A DNA stretch of 64,000 nucleotides from Candidatus Bathyarchaeota archaeon (GTDB lineage: Archaea; Thermoproteota; Bathyarchaeia; Bathyarchaeales; Bathycorpusculaceae), in the NCBI GenBank assembly GCA_963733095.1, contig CAVTBV010000009.1:1-64000 (forward strand), written 5' to 3'. Every line of letters begins with the position of its first letter. Within the stretch, counting starts at the first letter, position 1. This document shows positions 1-10,372 of this stretch, in pieces. The notes beneath the pieces were generated by a model. It was not told where the DNA came from. It was given only the letters and a program-made list of their open reading frames with translations, and searched no databases. The translations under genes were made by a program, and so were the position numbers.

Positions 1-15
1 TCCCAGCGGGCCCGC
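1..15 (+). tRNA. 3' end of a tRNA gene (T-arm 3' strand plus acceptor stem) used as attL; the rest lies upstream of the window
   Basis: TCCCAGCGGGCCCGC matches the archaeal tRNA 3' end pattern (..CCCAG-CGGGCCC-G). It is repeated at 37272-37286 and lies 76 bp upstream of an integrase. The isotype cannot be read (Lys/Arg-like acceptor). Confidence 0.7.
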
Positions 16-90
16 TCCCTTTTGGGAGCAGAACCATAGGCAGTTTTATAAGCAAAAAGCGCTGACGGTTTCTTTTGTGGAGGAAAGTGC

Positions 91-1401
91 TTGCGCGAGA
101 GTGAATACGCAACCCTGCTAGAAAACAAAGTCCTTAAAAGATGGTACGATAACGTCGCGCGTGGGTCAATCATAACTGCTGATGTGTACCTTCGCCGGTT
201 AGGACATTTTTGCAAAGAACTAAACGTAGCCCCAAATAGACTGCTTGAGATGAAAGAAGAGGAGCTCTATGATTTGTTTCTGGATACAGTTTCAAGGATG
301 GAACAGAAAGGTCATACGGGAAGCTATATTCACTCAACCATTAAGGCAATAAAATCGTGGCTTTTACATAACCGCATACAAGTTAGGGGCCGCATAAGGA
401 TAAGAGGAGCCCAAGATGCACCAACCCTCAAAGAGGAAAGGACCCCAATAAAGAGTGAGCTTCAGCGTATTCTGCTATCAGGTGATGAGAAGTCAAGAAG
501 CATTTGCGTGCTGCTTGCGCATGGAGGTTTTCGTCCTGAAACTATTGGCGACTATAAAGGAACTGATGGACTAACAATACGGGACTTTCCCGAGATATCC
601 ATTACCGATAAAGCCGTAACCTTTCTTAAAATTCCCACAATAGTTGTCGTACGTAAAGAACTCAGCAAGGCAAGACATCAATATTTCACCTTTATCGGTC
701 AAGAGGCATGCAACTACATAAAAGACTATCTAGAAGCTAGAATTAGGGATGGCGAAAACATCAATAGCAAATCAGCGATTATAACACCTAAAGGAAAAAT
801 GAAACCTTTTATCAGAACAGCAAACATAGGCGATGCAGCAAGAGATTGCATAAGAAAAGCAGGTTTTCCATGGCGCCCCTATGTTTTAAGGTGTTACTTT
901 GATACTCAGTTAATGTTAGCTGAATCCAAAGGCTGGGTCTTGCGGGATTATCGTCAGTTTTGGATGGGTCATAAGGGCGATATTGAAAACAGGTATACAA
1001 CTAACAAACAAAAGTTACCTGAAACGGTTATTGAGGACATGCGAACTGCTTATGAAAGGGGTGAGGAGCTTTTGAGAACAATCGATGAACCTTCGACGAG
1101 TGAGGAGAAGCTACGGCAGAGCATCCAAAAGCAGCTTTTAATGGTGGCTGGTCTAAGCGAAGAAGACGTTAACAAGCTAGAGTTGTCCAAGTTTAGTGAC
1201 GAAGAAATTCAGGCTATTCTTAAACAAAAACTACTTGCTGGCATCGTAGGAGAAAAGGAGCACAATCCAGTAATAGACTCTCATAGACAAAAGGTCGTCA
1301 GTGTTCAGGAGACTAATGCGTACTTGGAGAGAGGCTGGGAATATGTTGCTAAGCTCTCTGAAAGCATGGTTGTAATAAGAAATAACTTTGATAACAACTA
1401 A
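91..1401 (+). CDS. Tyrosine recombinase / site-specific integrase
   Basis: Catalytic motifs GFRPE (R), KELSK (K), YVLRCYF (H/Y-x-x-R), MGH and RY; C-terminal QKVV..YLERGWEYV tail typical of archaeal integrases; adjacent to att. Confidence 0.93.
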   Translation: MRESEYATLLENKVLKRWYDNVARGSIITADVYLRRLGHFCKELNVAPNRLLEMKEEELYDLFLDTVSRMEQKGHTGSYIHSTIKAIKSWLLHNRIQVRGRIRIRGAQDAPTLKEERTPIKSELQRILLSGDEKSRSICVLLAHGGFRPETIGDYKGTDGLTIRDFPEISITDKAVTFLKIPTIVVVRKELSKARHQYFTFIGQEACNYIKDYLEARIRDGENINSKSAIITPKGKMKPFIRTANIGDAARDCIRKAGFPWRPYVLRCYFDTQLMLAESKGWVLRDYRQFWMGHKGDIENRYTTNKQKLPETVIEDMRTAYERGEELLRTIDEPSTSEEKLRQSIQKQLLMVAGLSEEDVNKLELSKFSDEEIQAILKQKLLAGIVGEKEHNPVIDSHRQKVVSVQETNAYLERGWEYVAKLSESMVVIRNNFDNN

Positions 1402-1570
1402 TGCCAACCGACTATGGATGCTCCGAGCAAGAGTTATGACTATAGAAATCGTGAGCTAAACGATCGCTGCAGATATTAGCCTCGATCGGGGCCTTATAGC
1501 AACAGCCCTTTTTACACAGTTAAAAGCGCTTATGAAAAGCAATTATTGAAATTCAACGAATTGAGGAACT

Positions 1571-2056
1571 TTACTGAATGTCAAAAAGATAATCGTCAAT
1601 GAATTCAGAAACATTTTCATTATCAAGCCAAAATGAAGCTGACTCGCAGACAAACTTGCCTAAAACCCAATGGAGACTTTCGTGCAATAACACATATTCA
1701 GTTTCCTTATCAATAATCTCAAGATCTTTTGACTCATACATTCCGCCCAAACTGATAACATTGTGTTCACGGCAATACTTAGGTCCATAATTGTATACCA
1801 TAGTTTTCAAATATTCTTTAAGTTCGCAATCACAATATGGAGGTTCAGCAAGGAAAGTAATTTCCGGATAGGAAGAAACATCACTTACAGGATCAACATT
1901 TATCCTTTTCAATCCCTTGGAGGGTGAATCGCGGTAAATGCTGTCACATTTTGAACACGAAAAAAATACTTTCGTCTCTCTTATTAGCGACCCTGATTTG
2001 CAGTCAGGACATATTCTATGTTTTTCTTCTTTTTGTTCGATTCTGATTGATTGCAT
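1571..2056 (-). CDS. Hypothetical protein with N-terminal Zn-ribbon and HExxH motif
   Basis: CPDC..CSKC ribbon; LLHESLH zincin-like motif. Confidence 0.6.
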   Translation of the reverse strand: MQSIRIEQKEEKHRICPDCKSGSLIRETKVFFSCSKCDSIYRDSPSKGLKRINVDPVSDVSSYPEITFLAEPPYCDCELKEYLKTMVYNYGPKYCREHNVISLGGMYESKDLEIIDKETEYVLLHESLHWVLGKFVCESASFWLDNENVSEFIDDYLFDIQ

Positions 2057-2378
2057 TTTAACTAACTTCCTTCAAAGTTTCTCTTACAAAGGTTAAAGCC
2101 GCTTTTTGGAGATTGTCGATTTATAGCTATGGATAAAGCCATTTCACTATTTAAAGAACATCAAAATTTCTTTTATACATGATTTCAATGATTGCCCAAA
2201 TAATAGAAAAGATTTGTGGATTCAAACCTCAACCCCTGCACCATATCCAAATCATTTGTTTAGCCTGTTTTAAACTCTTTTAGCGCGAAGAACGGCTGAG
2301 ACTATTTAACAAAAGGTAATTCGGTAAAATAGCCTGCGGCTACTTGAATGAAGACATTCAGGTCTGTCTTGCTCAGCG

Positions 2379-2672
2379 TTAAGGCGGCTTATGCTCGATG
2401 CTTAATGCGTATAAAGGTGAAAGAAAATGGGCTTTTGCAGGTCTCACTCCATACTTAACTGTCCAGCCCTGTTCACATAATGCCTTCATTCGCCTGTCAA
2501 CGCTTTGCCTTTTGACATGTCTAAAACTCTTAATTCGCCTGATTTCTAGGTACATATCATAGCTTGTCAAGAGGTTCTTAGAATCAAGAATCATGAATAT
2601 AACACGGTTTAGTTTGGCTTGTCGACCACTGAACACTTCCAATTCCGCACCCTTGCCCATCTTCCGCGCCAC
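2379..2672 (-). pseudogene. Winged-helix DNA-binding protein, probably truncated by a frameshift
   Basis: wHTH-like spacing (LTSYDMY..SVDRRMKALCEQGW); plausible coding sequence (AALTLSKTDLNVFIQVA) continues in another frame past the stop. Confidence 0.5.
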
Positions 2673-2828
2673 CTATGTCTACCCCCCAGATGGGAGTTAT
2701 AAGTAAAAAGACTCTGAGAAGTCATGGAGGAGGGGGCAGCTTTTGACTATTGCACGTATATCGAGTTTTAAGTGTGCTATTGAGCAGTGTTAGTGTTAAC
2801 AACCAAGTCTTACTGTGCAATAATACTT

Positions 2829-2847
2829 AATTCTATATTTTAGAACA
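2829..2847. promoter_or_regulatory. Operator-like palindrome, type A (AATTCTA-N5-TAGAACA)
   Basis: Same motif as at 3188, 5547, 6607 and 9008. Confidence 0.5.
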
Positions 2848-2902
2848 CGCAATACTTCACCTTAATTGCAACTTAAGTTAAATAAACCCAAACTAAATCA
2901 AT

Positions 2903-3154
2903 TCAGGATATTGATTGACGAACCATGCGTTTTATGGCTAGCACAATGCAAGTAGCCCCACCAACAAAAACAACGGTTAAGCCTAGCGCTAGATATTGCC
3001 AAGGGATTTGTTCCTGCGGTTCAGAAATTTGTAGTATTGGAGCATTGCCTTGTGGTAAAAGATAGATTGTAACTAGAGTCAGCGAAATAGCTAACGTCAG
3101 TGCTACTATGATTGCAGTGGTCATTTTTACTTCTTGCATATCTTTGAACTGCAA
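2903..3154 (-). CDS. Small two-TM membrane protein, divergent from the HTH-TM regulator
   Basis: Two hydrophobic segments; same arrangement as 33197-33481. Confidence 0.7.
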   Translation of the reverse strand: MQFKDMQEVKMTTAIIVALTLAISLTLVTIYLLPQGNAPILQISEPQEQIPWQYLALGLTVVFVGGATCIVLAIKRMVRQSIS

Positions 3155-3187
3155 AGGCGTCCTTATAATTCTATTTCTTTAATAAAG

Positions 3188-3206
3188 TGTTCTAAATTTT
3201 AGAATA
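3188..3206. promoter_or_regulatory. Operator-like palindrome, type A (TGTTCTA-N5-TAGAATA)
   Basis: Lies between the divergent regulator and membrane-protein genes. Confidence 0.65.
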
Positions 3207-3250
3207 GGAATAAATAACAAATAATATTAACGATTATTTTATTCTACCAT

Positions 3251-3691
3251 TTGTGCCCTAGAGGGAGATTAACTGTTACTAAAGAAGAATTGTCAATACT
3301 AAAAGGAACTACTTATGTAGTTTATCGCTACATGGTGAAAGCAAGCAAGCCTTTAAGTGTGAGAGAGATTCAGCACGCACTAAAGCTTAGCAGTCCATCA
3401 GTAGCATTATATCACCTTTGTAAACTAGAAGAGTCTGGCTTTGTTAGACGTGAAAATGGTAACTTTGTAATTGCAAAAGTTGTTTTAGATAATTCAATAA
3501 AAATCAATCGCTTTTTGGTTCCAAGACACTTCATTTATGCCCTATTCTCCATTTTAGTCCTAATAATAGCGCTTGTCTTTTTTAGACCTGCTTTCCTTGA
3601 TAGAAGCTATTTTTTTGAGACTGTTGCGATCGCGCTCATAGTAGTAATATTATGTTATGAGACGCTTAGAGACTGGATAAAATCAAAATAA
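3251..3691 (+). CDS. Membrane-anchored wHTH transcription regulator (N-terminal wHTH plus two C-terminal TM helices)
   Basis: LSVREIQHALKLSSPSVALYHLCKLEESG HTH followed by two TM segments; paralog at 32623-33087. Confidence 0.85.
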   Translation: MCPRGRLTVTKEELSILKGTTYVVYRYMVKASKPLSVREIQHALKLSSPSVALYHLCKLEESGFVRRENGNFVIAKVVLDNSIKINRFLVPRHFIYALFSILVLIIALVFFRPAFLDRSYFFETVAIALIVVILCYETLRDWIKSK

Positions 3692-3884
3692 TAGATCAAA
3701 AATTAAAGAGGCAGGTATTTGGAAGCGACTTTTAACTAAAGTTAACGAAACCATGCGCATCTTTTTTAGATAGCTAGACGGCTATTTAGACTCATTTATA
3801 ATTGACCTCTAAAGGATAGAGATATGAACCGCATTGTGCCGAGCTTGTGGTGATTCAGTAACTGCTTTATCAATTAAAGGATTT

Positions 3885-5444
3885 TCAGGCTGTTCCGTTC
3901 CAATAAATGACATGTTGGTATCTCCCTGCAATTGAGAAGGACGGATCTGTATACACAATGTCAAGTTTTGAACCATAGGTGGCTAGGGACTGTTGTACTG
4001 AGTCCCAGACCTGCTGTGAATTAGCATCCGGTTGCCAGATACCCCATATCTTATCATTTTGGCTCCTCATGCCCCATCCATAATCTGCGGGCAATACTAA
4101 CACATCTTGAGCGGTAAAGGCGCCGGTGTCTCTCGCACTATTCATATTGTTATTCCAAAACTTTTGAATTGCAGCGAACTGTTCGTCCTGCAAAACTCCA
4201 TCTGTGTTGTTTAGTGCATAGTTAAAGACTACACCATATGTCGCACCGCATTCGTAAGCTTGCTGCAACTCACCGTATATTTGGTTGCCAGTTTGGAGAG
4301 TAATCGGTGATTGGCTTGCAGGCTCAATCATTACACCCCAACTTTTGTTCTGCATATCAGCAGCGCCTCTAACTAGTGCTAAAGTCTCTGAGTCAGTTTG
4401 CGTTCCGAATAACTCTGCAAATACAGTATTGTAGCCGCTCAGGTAGTCGAACCAGTAGAGGCCATAGTCTGAAGTGAAAAGCCTGACATTTGATTCATTG
4501 CCAATCGAAGTCAATGTCATCTTCTCAGTATTCACAAAGTCGTTTGCTGCTTCAGCATAAGTTTGAATTGGATTAGAATCCCATAATTGCTGGTAAGGTT
4601 CAAACTGAGAAATGTCGCCTTCATCAGTCGCGTATGTGCCATTTTCATACTGCACAGTGCCATCTGGATAGTAGTTTAGCGGCTCAATTGTTGAGGTGTC
4701 GTTGTTGAAAGTACAGTTAATTGTCCCGTTCGTGTAATAAGTCAAAAATGTTGAAGTATATACGTAGCTATCAAGGCTCGCGGGGAGGTGTGTGGTATTC
4801 ACCGAGGGAACGGCGGTAGAAAATGGGAATGAAAGCGGCGTACTCCTATTTGTTTCTATGGTGGTTTGCAAATTGATTACTCCTGAAGGTTCAAATGAAA
4901 TAGTGACCCAAGTGGTGTTTGATCCTTCATAGAAAATTTTTGACGTCGAAATCGTTCCGTTTGCGCCTTTTGAGATTGCGTTGTTTGCCGTGACATTGCC
5001 ATCCGCATAAAGCGGTACTTGGGAATCAAGCATGTTGCCTCCTGGTTCATCTTGGTAGTATAGCCCAAGGAAATGGCTGCCCCAACGGGCTTTAGCAAGG
5101 TTGAGCAGAGACACGCAAGTACTAGGGTCGCCGCTTCTGCCGTAATACAAGATTATATTTAATCCTGCGTTAGTGGCATAATCGCCGATCTGCTGTGTAG
5201 CGGCTACGTTTTGCATCAATGTACCCGACGCCAAAACAAACAGGTTAGTATAACTCTTGACTCTATCAATCAGTTGCTTCGCCTCTTTTACTGAATCTCC
5301 ACCGAATGTAACTCCCACATAAAATGATTTATTGGCTGCAACATGAGTGGAAAAAGACCGATAAACTTCTACAGCGGTAAACGATGACAATACAACGACC
5401 ACTATTACCACAAGTGATAAAGCGATTATTAGGTTTTTTTTCAT
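3885..5444 (-). CDS. Secreted or anchored protein with a putative glycoside-hydrolase-like TIM barrel
   Basis: N-terminal signal/TM (MKKNLIIALS..); YYQDEPGG and FTSDYGLYW motifs shared with the paralog at 23373-24719. The ORF track start is 5489. Confidence 0.7.
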   Translation of the reverse strand: MKKNLIIALSLVVIVVVVLSSFTAVEVYRSFSTHVAANKSFYVGVTFGGDSVKEAKQLIDRVKSYTNLFVLASGTLMQNVAATQQIGDYATNAGLNIILYYGRSGDPSTCVSLLNLAKARWGSHFLGLYYQDEPGGNMLDSQVPLYADGNVTANNAISKGANGTISTSKIFYEGSNTTWVTISFEPSGVINLQTTIETNRSTPLSFPFSTAVPSVNTTHLPASLDSYVYTSTFLTYYTNGTINCTFNNDTSTIEPLNYYPDGTVQYENGTYATDEGDISQFEPYQQLWDSNPIQTYAEAANDFVNTEKMTLTSIGNESNVRLFTSDYGLYWFDYLSGYNTVFAELFGTQTDSETLALVRGAADMQNKSWGVMIEPASQSPITLQTGNQIYGELQQAYECGATYGVVFNYALNNTDGVLQDEQFAAIQKFWNNNMNSARDTGAFTAQDVLVLPADYGWGMRSQNDKIWGIWQPDANSQQVWDSVQQSLATYGSKLDIVYTDPSFSIAGRYQHVIYWNGTA

Positions 5445-5546
5445 CTTAGATTCACACTTGCAAAGCCAAGTTAAGTGGCTATCTTCCATGAACTAGGCTG
5501 ATTTAGTACTTGCTAAAGATTTACTCGTAGTATTTTAGAGTGCTCT

Positions 5547-5585
5547 TGTTCTAAAATTTAGAAAAACAGGCTAATGTGTAGAATT
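5547..5585. promoter_or_regulatory. Tandem operator-like palindromes, type A
   Basis: TGTTCTA-AAATT-TAGAAAA plus a weaker second copy 20 bp downstream, between divergent secreted-protein genes. Confidence 0.65.
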
Positions 5586-5622
5586 ATAGCAGTGCTCAGC
5601 AAACCATAGGGCTATAGAAGGA

Positions 5623-6441
5623 ATGACTAAAATGGTTAAAATTAAACCTAGCAAACAAATGATTGGAGCAATCGCCGTCTTACTATTTAGTTTGATGGCA
5701 GCAAACTTGCTCATGCAGCCTGCACAGGCAGCCACGGCAGGTAATAGCGCAGGACCGAGAACGTTTCCTCAGCCATTACCGCCATCAGGAATGAACACGA
5801 CACAATCTGGCGCATCGCCCCAAGCCTCTACTTCGTATGGTTGCGAACCTGACCAGTCCGAAACCCTCGTGACCCAGGTGAACGCTCAAGTGGCACTCGA
5901 CGCAATAGGAATGGGTTCGAATTCTTTTACGAACTGGATGGGTTTGGCAGCTGTCTCTAACCTAAATCTGGATGCCGCGGCTGAAGTTGGCATTGCAGTT
6001 GATTACAACAACGGCTGGGGAACACCTTACGTGTACTTAACAACTTGGTGGGGTGGTCATGATAGCAACGTCCTTGAAACAACGGCAACACCATCAGGGC
6101 TCGCACTTGGTCAAACCATTGGACTTGCTGTTGGACAATACCAAGGAACTTGGCATGGATATTACAACCTCAACAAGGGTGCAGGGTGGCAAGAAATAGG
6201 CAATCGCTATACCGGCTTCACTTCGACGTCATATGTCTTCTCATCATGTGAGTCAACGATCGGATCAGGGATTCAGGGAAATATCTTTGGACAATGGAGC
6301 GGCGTTAATTACCAACAGAATAATGGAGCTAATTACAATGTCAATTTCCAAAATTTATACCTGAACGACTTCAACCACTTCTCTCCTGTGAACTACTACA
6401 ACAACAATGCTTGGTACGGTCAATATACTCAAACAGGATAA
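5623..6441 (+). CDS. Secreted beta-sandwich protein, neprosin/glutamic-peptidase-like
   Basis: Signal peptide (AQA/A), Pro-rich pro-region, AEVGI...SCEST two-Glu pattern, Trp/Tyr/Asn-rich. Confidence 0.55.
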   Translation: MTKMVKIKPSKQMIGAIAVLLFSLMAANLLMQPAQAATAGNSAGPRTFPQPLPPSGMNTTQSGASPQASTSYGCEPDQSETLVTQVNAQVALDAIGMGSNSFTNWMGLAAVSNLNLDAAAEVGIAVDYNNGWGTPYVYLTTWWGGHDSNVLETTATPSGLALGQTIGLAVGQYQGTWHGYYNLNKGAGWQEIGNRYTGFTSTSYVFSSCESTIGSGIQGNIFGQWSGVNYQQNNGANYNVNFQNLYLNDFNHFSPVNYYNNNAWYGQYTQTG

Positions 6442-6692
6442 TTGTCGTAAGTTATCCAAATCTTTTCCTTTTTTTTAATTTCTAGTATTTACAAATTTAG
6501 CATTATTTCCCGACCGGAACCGTTCGAGTCGTTTATGGCTTGACAGGAGCAGAAATTGTTGTTGCCTCACCGCTTTTTCAAAGTTTGAGAATTTTGACAA
6601 CCAAGCCGTTCTACTATTTAGCATAAGCATTAAAGTATAGAATTAAACGGTTTGTATCCCATTAACCTACTTGCTGAACGGAGACTTTCAAT

Positions 6693-6806
6693 ATGAAGTC
6701 TTTAACTAAAACAAATACCAGTCTATTGCTTCTCAGCCAACTGCTTGTTTCTACACCGCTACTGCTTGCACTAACACCGACCGTGAAAGGTGCAATTATT
6801 GTATAA
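6693..6806 (+). pseudogene. Remnant of a secreted-protein gene (signal peptide only, 37 aa)
   Basis: GGAGA RBS; MKSLTKTNTSLLLLSQLLVSTPLLLALTPTVKGA; preceded by type A operator copies at 6607-6644. Confidence 0.4.
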
Positions 6807-6966
6807 GAGGGTATTGCCCTAAAAACTGAAAAAGGTTAAGCGCAGTTGGTACTTTCTAACTTCCAAGTTTTAATTGGTTAACAAGAACAAGTCGTTCCAA
6901 AAGGTGGACACCTCGAAAGTGATATGACCTAAAGTATAGTATTAATAATAACGGTTCATCCATCAT

Positions 6967-7623
6967 TTGGTTGGTGACTTTCAGATGCAAAAAGGGATTA
7001 GAAAACACGTATGGATTTACGTGATAGTGTCAGTTTTAGTTGCTATTATGTTGGTTCCGCTTTACTATCAATTTGGCTACCTACCTCAGAAGCAAAGTGG
7101 AACCTCTCCCCAGCAAAAAGTTGGTTTAGTTGGGGGTCAAAGTGTAAATTCTCCTCAGCCGACCGGTAGTTCAACTGTAGTTCCTAATGTCACTGAAGGG
7201 GGTCCTGCCATCTTCGCGACTTTGGCCTTTTCGAACGAGACTGGTTTTGTGACGACTACTTATCCAACTTCGGGAACAACTGAATTTGTTCTGTTACCAA
7301 ATAGTGTAGGTAAATTTACAGTCACATATACAGGATTCGACTACAACAATTTATCGATATCCGCCTTTTCAGTCACGAATCCAGTTCCTGTATTAAATGT
7401 GTTATCGAATGGCACGCTTGTAACTAGCTCAGGATTGAGTGTCACTGAATCAAGTGTGACACAGGTAAGTTACTATCAAGTGATTGTTAACTACATTGTC
7501 ACTTCGGGAGGGTCAGATGGGCTATACGTCCTTGGACTGCCTTCAACGAGTCTTAGCACTCCCATTGTTAATGTTGGAACTCAACCCTACACGGGGACTC
7601 TACCATGCCTTAATCTAGGTTAA
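6967..7623 (+). CDS. Membrane-anchored Ser/Thr-rich exported protein
   Basis: N-terminal TM followed by a beta-rich extracellular domain. Confidence 0.75.
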   Translation: MVGDFQMQKGIRKHVWIYVIVSVLVAIMLVPLYYQFGYLPQKQSGTSPQQKVGLVGGQSVNSPQPTGSSTVVPNVTEGGPAIFATLAFSNETGFVTTTYPTSGTTEFVLLPNSVGKFTVTYTGFDYNNLSISAFSVTNPVPVLNVLSNGTLVTSSGLSVTESSVTQVSYYQVIVNYIVTSGGSDGLYVLGLPSTSLSTPIVNVGTQPYTGTLPCLNLG

Positions 7624-8031
7624 CGGAATTTTTAATTAGCGCACGCCGAGCGTTACTCAGGCCCTGTTTTCCCTATTTTAGCTGTTGCTGTTTGCCATTA
7701 TACTTGATTTCGCACTAGCGTAACTGATTAGAAAATTTGATTCCTTAGTTCTGTCTGTCAATCGTGTGGAGCCCTTTTGTTCGCGAATATTTCAAAAGGC
7801 AAACTGTTGGCAATCAGCAGGGCGATCACGTTAAGAGCAATAAAAAAATTCGTAATTCGATAAAGCACACGACTACTCTATAGGCTTTTTAAATTATTCA
7901 CTAATATGCTGCCTTTCCGACAAACACCAACGATATTCTGGCTGGTCGACATTAAGAACAAGTTATTGAAGTTGTGGCAACAGTTTCCGTTATAACAGTA
8001 ACAAAAAAGAAAAAAAGGGTTTATTTATTTC

Positions 8032-8859
8032 TTATGGTCCAGCGTTTTCCCAAGTGACCGTAAAGCTCGAGCCATCACTGCTTAAGGCTGACGTGGCAGC
8101 TTTGACATACTGATTATTTTCTGACATCATCGTTATCTGCACCCAGTTGTTTACGCCAAACGAGCTAATATAACCGCTCTGGCCATTGATGGTTGCTTCG
8201 CATGATGGAATACAGCTAGTGTAGTCTTGACCAAAGTATGCTGTGCCAAAGTTTGCTAAGGGTTGAAGGGTACCTACAATGGGTGCTTCCGCTATCCATT
8301 CAGCAGAGTTACCATGCCAATTGGCTATCCATTGAGTTGTGTGGAACTGTGTGTCGCCTTGTGTTACATCGTAGATATTCACTTGAATATTGTAGGACGT
8401 TCCACTCTGGCCTATTTCATAAACGGTTCCAATTATGGTGTCACCTGGATGTATAGTCATACTAGTTATGGTTACCCAATTGCTAGGAAGGTACTCATAC
8501 CATGCAAAATAAGTCGCTACGCCATTTACCATCTGAGACATGGTGCCGATTTGTTCCAAGTCGTTTCCATAATCATCGATGCCAACCCAAAAACTAGAGT
8601 AACCGTTTCCACTTACCGCTGGTACTTTCCATGATGCTATAGCAGCTGTGACTTGTTGCGCTCCTCCCATTACTAAATATCCTGCCCAGTTATCAGTGCT
8701 TCCTGTGTCTTGGGATAGCTTGACGAAATTTTGCATAATTCCATTTTTTGTAGTCGTTGACATAGCCTGCGCTGTTATAACTTGACCAAATACCGCTAAA
8801 AGCATCAATGAACCAACCAAGAGTACAGACAGCTTAAGCATTTGATGTTTTTTAGTCAT
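8032..8859 (-). CDS. Secreted glutamic peptidase, family G1 (eqolisin / Peptidase_A4)
   Basis: NWAGY, SFWVGID, LEQIGT (catalytic Q), AWYEYLP, SAEWIAEAP (catalytic E), LANFG; signal peptide. Confidence 0.92.
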   Translation of the reverse strand: MTKKHQMLKLSVLLVGSLMLLAVFGQVITAQAMSTTTKNGIMQNFVKLSQDTGSTDNWAGYLVMGGAQQVTAAIASWKVPAVSGNGYSSFWVGIDDYGNDLEQIGTMSQMVNGVATYFAWYEYLPSNWVTITSMTIHPGDTIIGTVYEIGQSGTSYNIQVNIYDVTQGDTQFHTTQWIANWHGNSAEWIAEAPIVGTLQPLANFGTAYFGQDYTSCIPSCEATINGQSGYISSFGVNNWVQITMMSENNQYVKAATSALSSDGSSFTVTWENAGP

Positions 8860-9007
8860 TTTTTTAACCTCAGAGTCATTTTATTGTTGTTCTCTTTCTG
8901 CCCTTCGCTTAGGACTAGGCGGTGACACGCCCCTAAGACAATAAGTCTTGGTGGAGTTTGCTTTGTTAGAGCAAACTACATAATCTCTTAATTAGCAAGA
9001 GTTACTT

Positions 9008-9047
9008 AATTCTACACTTTAGAAAGAATGTGCTAAACCATAGAATA
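9008..9047. promoter_or_regulatory. Tandem operator-like palindromes, type A, upstream of the G1 peptidase
   Basis: AATTCTA-N5-TAGAAAG and TGTGCTA-N5-TAGAATA with a 21-bp period. Confidence 0.6.
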
Positions 9048-9328
9048 GTTTGCTTGTTATAATTTACAATTTTTGAAAAGATGACTTGCTAAAAACAAAA
9101 AAGGTTTATGCAGTTCCTGAGTTATGGGCAGTCTGTTAATTCGAAGGTTAATGCGCCTACCCCGTTCCCTTCCAGTTGCCACCAAAAAATGAAATAGTGC
9201 GTGGCTACAGAGTAAGTGGCTATGGAAATCTTTTTCTTGCCGAAAGAGGAGTTGCTCTTAACCTTCAAGCTTGTAAAAGGTTCTGGATGGTTAACTGTGC
9301 CTTGTTCAGATAACGCGCGAACCACAGT

Positions 9329-9345
9329 TGTAGCGGTCGCTACTT
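9329..9345. promoter_or_regulatory. 17-bp palindromic site TGTAGCGGTCGCTACTT (copy 1)
   Basis: Identical copy at 10860-10876; both lie about 65 bp before an ORF start. Confidence 0.65.
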
Positions 9346-9410
9346 AGAAGTACAAAAATTTTAATAATTTCGGCAAGAGAAGCACATAATGCAAGTTTTT
9401 CCTATTTGAG

Positions 9411-10094
9411 GTGCAAATAATGGAAAACGAATTAATTAGAATACTTTCGGACCTTACTAACCACTACTTTGAAAATGAACAATTAAGCAATCAGGTTTGG
9501 GAAAAAACCAAAGAAATAGATAAAGTTGCCCATTCTTTAAGGGAGATTGCTGTCAATTGGGCGTCAATAGAAAAAAGTGTCTCAAAAGAACGAGGTAATC
9601 CGGAGTCAAACGACTTGAACTCTGAAAGCATCGTTTTGAAAGAGGATGAACTCCTCAAGATGGCTCAAATTAAGCGAAGTCTCAAAGAAATCAGAGAAGG
9701 TTTGGAGGAAATAGCACAGAGAATTAATTGCCAAATTTCAGAGTTTACTTCATCTAATTATTTTATTTGTCATGACGAAGGATTGATTATCTTATCACTA
9801 GATGAATTTGGCTACAAAAGAATCTTTGAAGCAAACGAACTTTTGTGCAAAACATCAGAGTTCTTGGCGGACATCAATTTTTCTCCACCAAAGGTTCAAC
9901 GGGACCTCTTAAGTTCCAAGTATCTTCCCAAACTTTTGCTTGTTGCCTCTGAAAAAATTGAGGATACAGCACAAGAGACAAGGCAAGCAGCACAAGTATT
10001 TCAAGTGACCAGCCGAGATGTCCAAAAATTAAAAGAAAAGCTTACACGTAACGCAACCAGAAACGGAACTCACTCCAAAGCCTTGAAGTCTTAG
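9411..10094 (+). CDS. Hypothetical coiled-coil protein
   Basis: 227-aa helical ORF with a GAGGTG RBS. Confidence 0.65.
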   Translation: MQIMENELIRILSDLTNHYFENEQLSNQVWEKTKEIDKVAHSLREIAVNWASIEKSVSKERGNPESNDLNSESIVLKEDELLKMAQIKRSLKEIREGLEEIAQRINCQISEFTSSNYFICHDEGLIILSLDEFGYKRIFEANELLCKTSEFLADINFSPPKVQRDLLSSKYLPKLLLVASEKIEDTAQETRQAAQVFQVTSRDVQKLKEKLTRNATRNGTHSKALKS

Positions 10095-10249
10095 AACTTG
10101 ATTTCGCCTTTGTTGATTAGTTCTTTTACTTTTAGTAGTGAAAACTGGACTGCGTGACTTCTGTCTGCGAAGTGTCCTAGTTTGACTTGCTCATCTATCC
10201 AGTGTATTTGTTCGGGGTTAAGACTGACGGTTAGTTTTAGTTTAGTCAT
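10091..10249 (-). CDS. CopG/ribbon-helix-helix DNA-binding protein (52 aa, not in the ORF track)
   Basis: MTKLKLTVSLNPEQIHWIDEQVKLGHFADRSHAVQFSLLKVKELINKGEIKF: classic RHH strand, helix, G-x-F-x-x-R-S-x-A-V pattern. Confidence 0.8.
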   Translation of the reverse strand: MTKLKLTVSLNPEQIHWIDEQVKLGHFADRSHAVQFSLLKVKELINKGEIKF

Positions 10250-10372
10250 CCTGTATCCTGAGGGTCTTATGTTTGCAGTGCTGTTTAGGGGTTATCTGTA
10301 ATTGTATGTAAACGTAAGTAAATGTTATATATGCCCTTCGACACTATGTATTACGATTTAATACTATGACCT

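Noticed and set aside
8908-8937. Hairpin in the G1 peptidase leader as a riboswitch
   Set aside because: Single copy with no recognisable aptamer consensus.
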